A DNA stretch of 64,000 bases from a virus. The notes under the pieces were generated by a model. The model was not told where the DNA came from and made no database searches. It worked only from the letters and a program-made list of their open reading frames with translations. Of this stretch, positions 8,549 through 15,500 are shown in pieces. The translations under genes were made by a program, and so were the position numbers. The stretch lies in IMG/VR virus record IMGVR_UViG_3300045988_054045; one strand, 5' to 3'. The first letter of the stretch is position 1. Each line of letters opens with the position of its first letter.

Positions 8549-9102
8549 GGATATTCTTTGGGTCTTTTGACCCTCCGCACATAGGTCATGTTAATGTAGT
8601 CACAGCTGCTCTAAACTCTGGTAAAGTTGATAAAGTAATTGTAGTTCCTGCATATAAGAGTGTATGGAAGAATACTGAAACCAAATGGGAGTATAGGCTT
8701 GCTATGGCTAAGGAAACATTTGACAATATTCCTGGAGTAGTTGTAGATGGTATAGAATACCGCATATCTAATGGTGAGCCTTTACCCACTTATAAGACTA
8801 TAGAAGCATTAAAGGAGATATATGGAGAGTTTACTATTGTTACATCTGCAGAAACCTATAAGGAAATTCCTAGATGGCAGCATGGTGAAGAAATACTAAA
8901 GAATAATAAATTCTTAGTAGTTGATGTGGCTCATTTTGACAGTGAAGATATATCTTCGGATGATGTTGATATTGTATATGCTCCAGATATTACTATATGT
9001 TCTACAGCTATCCGAATGTGGGTTGATAACGGGGAGATTATATTACCATTTGTAACAGATGCAGTTAATTCAATAATCAGAAAACTTGGGCTATATAAAT
9101 GA
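8542..9102 (+). CDS. nadD: Nicotinate/nicotinamide mononucleotide adenylyltransferase (NadD-type)
   Basis: GIFFGSFDPPHIGHVNVV is the GxFxPxHxGH nucleotidyltransferase motif. The C-terminal ICSTAIRMWV corresponds to the ISSTxIR motif. Confidence 0.85.
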   Translation: MVGIFFGSFDPPHIGHVNVVTAALNSGKVDKVIVVPAYKSVWKNTETKWEYRLAMAKETFDNIPGVVVDGIEYRISNGEPLPTYKTIEALKEIYGEFTIVTSAETYKEIPRWQHGEEILKNNKFLVVDVAHFDSEDISSDDVDIVYAPDITICSTAIRMWVDNGEIILPFVTDAVNSIIRKLGLYK

Positions 9103-9617
9103 ACCAAATCTATGTTTCAGGTCCTTGGTCTTTTTCCTCTGGAGTACTTCAAGTAGTTAAGAGTATAAAGACTAAATCAAAAGATAAGGTAGTTTATAGT
9201 GAGAAGGGAGAAGATTATCAATTCTCTAAACTTGAACAATCTAACTATGTCGTATTCGTATTAGATGGATTTGCATGGCAACAAAAACTTGAGAATATAT
9301 CAAGAGGTATGCTCTCAGAATTACTGTGGTGCATAAATCATAGGATTCCCATGTTTTTAGCTTATAAATCTGCTAATGGATTAGGCATATATGGAACGGA
9401 AATAGATGACAATTTAAACTTTAAGGGAGTTGCTGGGACTGCGGATAACTTCTACCAGATTATAAGTGGACAATTTGGAAACATTGTTGCTGATGATTCT
9501 GTGTTCCTAAAAGGATTTAGAATATCAGACGTAGGAAACGTATATCTAAAAGGAGAAATGCTCGCAGACCCATTGGACTATCTTAATGTTGAACAACCTA
9601 AGAGTTATTTTTATTAA
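9099..9617 (+). CDS. Hypothetical protein, possibly with a nucleoside 2-deoxyribosyltransferase-like (NDT/Rcl-like) fold
   Basis: Three segments fit the NDT pattern. QIYVSGPW resembles the IYLAGP N-terminus, YVVFVLDG resembles the 'D.vva.ldG' segment, and RGMLSELLWCINHRIPMFL resembles the GTxFEIGyA..lgKPv catalytic-Glu segment. This is pattern-level similarity only. Confidence 0.35.
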   Translation: MNQIYVSGPWSFSSGVLQVVKSIKTKSKDKVVYSEKGEDYQFSKLEQSNYVVFVLDGFAWQQKLENISRGMLSELLWCINHRIPMFLAYKSANGLGIYGTEIDDNLNFKGVAGTADNFYQIISGQFGNIVADDSVFLKGFRISDVGNVYLKGEMLADPLDYLNVEQPKSYFY

Positions 9618-9618
9618 C

Positions 9619-10155
9619 ATGAAGAACTTTCCAATATTAGACGAAAATGGCAAGGAATGGTGGATAAGCCGTTCTATTGCAGTAACTGGATGTATATTTA
9701 CATTTCTGAATGGTAAGTGGTGTGTATTAGCCAATAAAAGAGGTGAGGGCACACCTGACTTTCAGGGAATGTGGAATATGCCCTGTGGTTATTTGGACTT
9801 CAATGAAACTACGGCTGAAGCAGTAATAAGAGAAGTCTATGAAGAAACTGGAGTTAAAGTCAATCCTGATTATCTTCATTTCTGGTGTTTCAATGATTCT
9901 CCAACTCAAAACAGGCAGAATGTATCCTTTAGGTATTATGCCTTAGTCGATGCACAGCCTGGAAATATTAGTGTCGGAACTGGTAATGATAGAGGTGGAG
10001 AAGAGGATGAAGTAGAAGCTATAGGATGGATTCCAGTAGATACCGTTGATAATTATAAGTGGGCATTTGGTCACGATGAAATTATCAAGGACTTTGTGGA
10101 ATGGATGCACCTGGAAGATGACTATTTTGATGACATTGACCAGGACTCAGAATGA
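9619..10155 (+). CDS. Nudix hydrolase
   Basis: GYLDFNETTAEAVIREVYEETGV is a perfect Nudix box (Gx5Ex7REUxEExGU). The start is set at ATG 9619, 1 nt after the upstream TAA. The track start at 9586 would overlap the upstream gene. Confidence 0.85.
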   Translation: MKNFPILDENGKEWWISRSIAVTGCIFTFLNGKWCVLANKRGEGTPDFQGMWNMPCGYLDFNETTAEAVIREVYEETGVKVNPDYLHFWCFNDSPTQNRQNVSFRYYALVDAQPGNISVGTGNDRGGEEDEVEAIGWIPVDTVDNYKWAFGHDEIIKDFVEWMHLEDDYFDDIDQDSE

Positions 10156-10529
10156 TTTACTTTATAAGTGGACATAGAGACCTAACATGGGAGGAGTTTG
10201 CCAAATGGTACGCTCCTGCCATTAGTAGGACACTCAGTACGGATAATGGAGCAATGTTTGTAGTAGCTGAATGTGACGGTGCTGACAGAATGGCTCAGGA
10301 CTATTTGCTAGCCTGTGGTGTTGCTCCAAAGAGTATCAATGTATACCATATGCTAAAAGCACCTAGGTATTTAGCTAATCACAATATACCCACTATAGGT
10401 GGCTATACATCCGATTTGCAGAGGGATGAAGCTATGACTAGGAACTCTGACTATGACATTGCTTTTATCCGTAAGGGTAAAGAAACCTCTGGAACTGCTC
10501 AAAACATTTTAAGGAGATGGACAAAGTAA
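10152..10529 (+). CDS. SLOG-superfamily / DUF2493-like protein
   Basis: Three segments follow the DUF2493 pattern. They are ISGHRDL (compare itGsRdw), FVVAECDGADRMAQDYL (compare vvhGGA.GADrlA..wA) and RDEAMTRNSDYDIAFI..GKETSGTAQNI (compare RN..M....d..iaf....S.GT). Confidence 0.5.
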   Translation: MIYFISGHRDLTWEEFAKWYAPAISRTLSTDNGAMFVVAECDGADRMAQDYLLACGVAPKSINVYHMLKAPRYLANHNIPTIGGYTSDLQRDEAMTRNSDYDIAFIRKGKETSGTAQNILRRWTK

Positions 10530-10678
10530 AAGAAACTGAAAAGGAGAAGTTTGAGAGATTAAGACTACACTTTACTAGTTTGTTTTTACAGCATCCCAAG
10601 ATGTTAGAGGTTCTTACTTATAAGGATATTGTAGTTAAGGCTAAGGAGTTTACTAAAGAATATCTAAAGCATGAATAA
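10517..10678 (+). CDS. Possible small ORF (53 aa; below the track cutoff)
   Basis: I translated the product by hand as MDKVKETEKEKFERLRLHFTSLFLQHPKMLEVLTYKDIVVKAKEFTKEYLKHE. It fills the otherwise empty 10530-10670 gap and overlaps its neighbours by 13 nt and 8 nt. Confidence 0.3.
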   Translation: MDKVKETEKEKFERLRLHFTSLFLQHPKMLEVLTYKDIVVKAKEFTKEYLKHE

Positions 10679-11162
10679 GTTTATATTCCTAGATATAGAC
10701 GGGGTTATGAATAGTAACCTTTTCTATTCTGAAAGAACCCAAGATAAGAGATATGATGAATGGATTAAAGACCATCCTCAGCATATAGCTTGGGGTGCTT
10801 GCAACATTGACCCAAGAGCAGTAAAGAGGTTAAATAGAATAACGGATGCTACTAAGGCTAAGATTGTAGTTTCCTCTACTTGGAGAAGTGATAGTAACCT
10901 CCAAGAGGTATTTACTTTAGTTGGCATTAAAGAGCCTATATATGATGTTACACCTTATATGAGGAGTAGACATAGAGGTTCCGAAATACAGGAGTGGTTG
11001 GATAAGCAAACTGAGCCTTATAGGTATATTATTCTTGACGATGATAGTGATATGTTAGACTGTCAGTTACCTTACTTTATCCAAACTGACTGGTTGAAAT
11101 GGGGTTTAAGTGATGAAGATGTCGAACAAGCAATACATATTCTAAATGATACAGCCGCTTAG
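10671..11162 (+). CDS. HAD-superfamily phosphatase-like protein
   Basis: Motifs are FLDIDGVM (motif I, DxDG), VVSSTWR (motif II) and IILDDDSD (motif IV). The layout resembles the small HAD domains found in phage and RNA-repair contexts. Confidence 0.65.
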   Translation: MNKFIFLDIDGVMNSNLFYSERTQDKRYDEWIKDHPQHIAWGACNIDPRAVKRLNRITDATKAKIVVSSTWRSDSNLQEVFTLVGIKEPIYDVTPYMRSRHRGSEIQEWLDKQTEPYRYIILDDDSDMLDCQLPYFIQTDWLKWGLSDEDVEQAIHILNDTAA

Positions 11163-11325
11163 ACATATCTATAATGACCCAACCCTAGACAGAGAGTTAC
11201 TTCTTCGTAAGTTAACCTCTCTAAGGATTAAGGGTGTAATTAGTATTGAAGAATACGAGTATTTAAAACATTTAATAAGAAAGGAGAACGAAAATGCTCA
11301 GAGAGCAAATGGATGCACTTATTAA
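11146..11325 (+). CDS. Possible small ORF (59 aa; below the track cutoff)
   Basis: I translated the product by hand as MIQPLRHIYNDPTLDRELLLRKLTSLRIKGVISIEEYEYLKHLIRKENENAQRANGCTY. It spans the 11163-11293 gap but overlaps yqeY by 32 nt, so it is uncertain. Confidence 0.25.
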   Translation: MIQPLRHIYNDPTLDRELLLRKLTSLRIKGVISIEEYEYLKHLIRKENENAQRANGCTY

Positions 11326-11770
11326 GCAATCAATGCTTGATAAGAACACAAAGAGAACTGATGTACTAAGAGCTATTAAGAATGAGTTCTTAGTGTTTCA
11401 AACAGCTAAAAATGCTAAGCCTTTAGATGATGCAGCTGAGTTTACTATTCTTCGTAAGATGGTTAAGCAAAGACTTGATAGTAGAGACCAATATATTGCA
11501 GCAGGAAGGAAAGACCTAGCCGATAATGAATCTAAAGAGATTCTAGTGCTGGAGTCTTTCCTTCCGCGAGAAGCCACGATTGAGGACATCAATAAGGCAA
11601 TCTATGAAATCTGTACGGAGAAGGGATGGTACATACCGCAGAGTGAAGACACAATCTGCCCAGAAATCCCGAAAAAGTCTATGGGAGAAGCTATTAAGGT
11701 GGTCAAGGGAAAGCTTGATAATGTAGATGGTAAATTGCTTGCTGATACTATTAAATCATTCCTTGTATGA
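11294..11770 (+). CDS. GatB/YqeY-domain protein
   Basis: The protein is collinear with YqeY. Matching segments are KRTDVLRAIKNEF, ILRKMVKQRLDSRDQYIAAGRKDLADNESKEILVLESFLP and MGEAIKVVKGKLDNVDGKLLADTIKSFL. A roughly 20-aa insert (EKGWYIPQSEDTICPEIPKK) is present. Confidence 0.75.
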   Translation: MLREQMDALIKQSMLDKNTKRTDVLRAIKNEFLVFQTAKNAKPLDDAAEFTILRKMVKQRLDSRDQYIAAGRKDLADNESKEILVLESFLPREATIEDINKAIYEICTEKGWYIPQSEDTICPEIPKKSMGEAIKVVKGKLDNVDGKLLADTIKSFLV

Positions 11771-12003
11771 CACTAAAGGAAATAGTAACTCTTCCGAGCG
11801 AAGCAAAGTTTGTTCATGCAATAGCTGGAACTCTATATTATAGAATCATAACAGATGATGTAATTGTAGAGTTTCCTATTGACATGAATGATAAGGATGA
11901 TGTTGGTACTACCACATTTGTAGCTTCCTATAAGCCTATTACATTAATGAGGTATATTAGGAAGGCTATTGATAATGAGAGTATAATAATCATCCACAGA
12001 TAA
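11767..12003 (+). CDS. Hypothetical protein (78 aa); last gene of the enzyme operon
   Basis: ATG ORF with an ATGA overlap to yqeY. No motif recognised. Confidence 0.45.
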   Translation: MTLKEIVTLPSEAKFVHAIAGTLYYRIITDDVIVEFPIDMNDKDDVGTTTFVASYKPITLMRYIRKAIDNESIIIIHR

Positions 12004-12080
12004 GATGTAAGTAGTTGTACTATGTGATATTTGACTTTTAAATCAAACTCTAATCTATTTTCATGAAATTCATAAATTGA

Positions 12081-12112
12081 TTTGGTGATGCAGCTTATAA
12101 TGCTTATATTTG
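12081..12112 (+). promoter_or_regulatory. Bacteroidota-type promoter (-33 TTTG, -7 TAnnTTTG)
   Basis: TTTG lies at 12081-12084 and TATATTTG at 12105-12112, with a 20-nt spacer. The site sits in the only sizeable intergenic gap of the + strand (12004-12151), 40 nt upstream of the 12152 ATG. Confidence 0.5.
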
Positions 12113-12151
12113 CAGAAATTAAGTGGTTAAACTGTTTAAACGTATTAATTT

Positions 12152-12466
12152 ATGAAAATCGAAGAGAAATTTAGAAAATTCCAGCAAGGTGGTGCTGCAC
12201 CTCAACCTGGTGCTGAACCAGCAGGCGGAGCACCAGCAGAAGGAGCACCTGCTGAGGGTGGTGCGCCTGCTGAAGGGGGACAAGACCCAATGGCACAGAT
12301 TCTACAAGTAGCTGCACAAGCAGTTCAGACTCAGAATTGTGAGGCTGCAATGGCTGTATGTCAAGCTCTAATGCAAATCGCTCAAGGTGGTGCTGCTCAA
12401 GAACAAGCTCCTCAAGAGGAACCAACTTTTGCAAGAAAAGGTGCTAGACTAGTAAGAGTAAGATAA
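12152..12466 (+). CDS. Low-complexity Ala/Pro/Gly/Glu/Gln-rich small protein (104 aa); candidate virion cargo or internal protein
   Basis: The N-terminus is MKIEEKFRKFQQGG. Degenerate GAPAEG-type repeats follow, then a Gln/Ala-rich helix-like part and a basic tail ARKGARLVRVR. The gene has its own promoter and terminator. It is locally GC-rich in an AT-rich genome. Confidence 0.6.
   Translation: MKIEEKFRKFQQGGAAPQPGAEPAGGAPAEGAPAEGGAPAEGGQDPMAQILQVAAQAVQTQNCEAAMAVCQALMQIAQGGAAQEQAPQEEPTFARKGARLVRVR
12188..12289 (+). repeat. Degenerate in-frame tandem repeat encoding (G)GAPAEG-like units
   Basis: The peptide is GGAAPQPGAEPAGGAPAEGAPAEGGAPAEGGQDP. The DNA shows repeated gcacc(a/t)gc(a/t)ga(a/g)gg units. 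Confidence 0.6.
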
Positions 12467-12485
12467 TTAGTCAACAAGGTAAGAA

Positions 12486-12516
12486 GGGGCGTATATTAAT
12501 TATATGCTCCTTTTTT
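12486..12516 (+). terminator. Intrinsic terminator after the 104-aa gene
   Basis: GGGGCGTATA (12486-12495) pairs with TATATGCTCC (12501-12510) to form a 10-bp stem that includes two G-U pairs, with loop TTAAT. TTTTTT follows at 12511-12516. Confidence 0.55.
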
Positions 12517-12530
12517 ATTATACATAGTAT

Positions 12531-15500
12531 ATGTCACAAGTAATAAGAAAGTACAACTCTGGAGGTCAAACTGACAAACCTAAGCTTCTGAGTATAAAAG
12601 GGCTAGGCGACTTTAACCAAGATGACCTAATAAAGAGAGGTTATAGAGATGTGGATGAATATACCTCATCTAAGGGGTTAAAGAATGCTGCTGCAGCTGA
12701 TTTTAGGAATGCTGTGCAATATATGCTTGAGGGAATGAACAATGGCACTATAACTATGGATGCTATGGGCAACTTTCAAGATGCAACGGGTCAAAAATCA
12801 AGTACTGGTGAGTTAGATAGAAAGAAATTCTTGGGTATAAAAACAGGGGTTAAGAATACTGAGAATAATGCCTATGGATTAGCTGCTGATTATCTATACA
12901 ACATCATTAAAGGAGCACCGCAGTATAAGCAGCCTGAGGTAAAGGCTGAGAAATTTAACACCAATGACTATCTAACTAAGGAGATTTCAAAAAGATGGTA
13001 TGGAGGAAACAATATAGATTTTGGCAACTGGTTTAAAAACAGGTCAGAGAAAGACCGTAATGCACTCATAGCTGACATCTTTAATAGTGCGGATTATAAT
13101 AAATTGTATCAAGAGCACGATTGGACCGATACTGGTATCAATAGCGTAGAAGACTTAATGGCTCGTGGAAGGGCATTTGGCTCTGCTATTTCTAATAATA
13201 AACTAGACAATGACGATTACAACACATTTGCCACACTAGGTGGTAGTGATTTAGATAAGTTCTTGAGGGAAGCCTCAGTAGAGACTGAGTCTACTCCAGA
13301 ACAGAGTAAAATGAAGGCGTGGGAAGCTGAGGCAGAAGCAGCTGGAGCAACCACTCCTGAAGCTAAGGCTGCATTCATTCAAAGAAAGCAGCGAGAAGAA
13401 GCTGACAGAAATGAAGCTATTATTAAGGCTAACCAACAAGAAATATACGAGAGGGAGAGAAATAAATTCTTCAACGATTATGCTACTCGGAATCCATTTA
13501 AGGAATCCATTCAGTCAGGATATGTCCCTAGCTCTGTATCATATAAACCAGAAGACTATGATAAACCAATAAAGGACTTCTATAATAATAATATTGACCA
13601 ATACTTAAACGATAACCTATCTAGAGATTGGTTTAGAGCTGGTAATACCCAACATATTGCCAATCACATGGATTATCTAATTAATCACTTGAAGATGAGT
13701 CTTCCAGACGCAGGTGATGGGTTTGTGGCAATTCCTTCAACGTTTGATTATAATAACTACACTACAATGGTATATAATCCAACTACTAGACAATATAGAG
13801 AATCATCTATGCTAGTGAATGATGCCTTAAGACGTCTTGCAAATGCTCATTATGATAGTACTCGTACATCTAAGAAGGAAAATGGTGGTGTACTCTATAT
13901 GCAGTTTGGAGGAACGTATAGTGCTGGGGCTAATTACAGTAGCTACCAACAACAGAGAGCACAAGAGAAGAAAACCAAAGAAGAGGAAACCGTTAGACAG
14001 AAAGCTGAATCTAAAGGAAGGACTACTGAGGAGCAGAAGGTAGCTGATAGAAAGCCTGGAAGCATCACTAGTGGTGACTGGACTGGGGCTGATTATACTA
14101 GACTAGCATCTATAGTTGCTGATATTGGTTCTTTGGGTGCAGCATATGTGCCTGTCTATGGTACTGCTGCTTCAGCAGTGTTGGGTGTAGGTAGTTCTCT
14201 AGCCAATTATGGAGCGGATGTGTCTGAGAATGGATTTAAATGGGGTGACTTAGGTAGCTTGGCTATGAACTTAGGCTTAGATACAGTGGGTCTGATTCCA
14301 GGATTGGGAACAGCCGCGAAGGGTAGTAAGATGCTTAAAACAGCTGTTAAGTATATACCTAAAACATTGTCCCTATTAGCTGCATATAACTACACGGGTC
14401 CAGCCATAGAATCCATGAAAAAGGCTATGACACCAGGTGCTGACTTAACAGTGGATGACTGGAGAAATATTGCAGAAGGTTTTAAGATGGTGTTACAAGG
14501 AGGTAAGGGTGTCAAGAGAACTGTTCAAGCTCGTAATCTCAAAAAAGACCTAGCAACAGGTAATAAAGTGCTTACTACGCTAGGTGGTAAAGAAGTATCT
14601 GTAACCCCAGCTCAGTTATCTGAGATACGTTCTCATAGAAAATTGGAAGACCAAGAAGCAGCACTGCAACTGTTACTGAAAGATGATAATTTGAGACTAG
14701 CTGGGGACTTAAATAAAAGGTGGTTTAACCCTTCTCGCTATCTTCCTGATTCCAATATCAGAAATGAGTATGATTTTAACAAGAAAGTGAAGAAGAGAAC
14801 CTCTCAAGGATGGATAGAAGTACCTAGAGTCTATAGTAACTCTGATAAATACATCGCTGCTACTATGCAGCAGAACGTTGCTAAGATTCCAGGTGTTGAT
14901 GAGCTATCAATGAAGTATAATGATTGGAAGTACAGGGTAGAAAAGAGTCCAAAAAGTAATAAGGGTAAAAAGCCAAGCTCACAAAAGGAAGCTCCTAAGG
15001 AAATGCTAGCTTTACCAGCCCCAGGTCAAACACATAGAGTATTTCACATGGGTTCTGGACAACCTAAGGTACCTCAAGATGTAACAAATCCATCTAACCT
15101 TAGTAAACCAGGAACATATCAGGATAGAGCTGTCCATGTAGGAGGTACTCCAGTTGAGTCTCCAAATGCTAATGCAGTAAGGACAGTTAGGACTATAAAT
15201 TCTATTTTAGAGCCATTCGTTCCTAAGACTACAAACTTGCCAGCTGTCATCCCTGCATCTAGAAATGCTAACAAGGTAGTTGCTTCACAAACTATACAAC
15301 CTTCACAGAGGTTAGACCAGTTTATTGAAGGGCAAATACCAGGAGGAAGGCAGTTTGGTAAACAAAGAGCTAAAACTGAGAGGGAATATAGAGATGTATT
15401 CCATCCTGTAGCAGAACGTGAGTATAATGCAGTTTGGGATGAAGCAGTTAGAAATAGGAAGGACTTTGGATATGAAGAAGTCTTCCCTAAGAGAAGTCCT

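Noticed and set aside
12125-12141. Tandem GGTTAAAC/TGTTTAAAC palindromic octamers between the promoter and the 12152 start codon
   Set aside because: It could be an operator or part of the 5' UTR. It is AT-rich and short, and I did not see it at the other promoter. The evidence is insufficient to call a site.
12171-12434. 87-aa minus-strand ORF antisense to the low-complexity gene
   Set aside because: It is a mirror-image ORF created by the GC-rich repeat (GCN/CCN codons read backwards). It has no promoter or start context, and the sense ORF has a promoter, a terminator and a motif shared with its neighbours.
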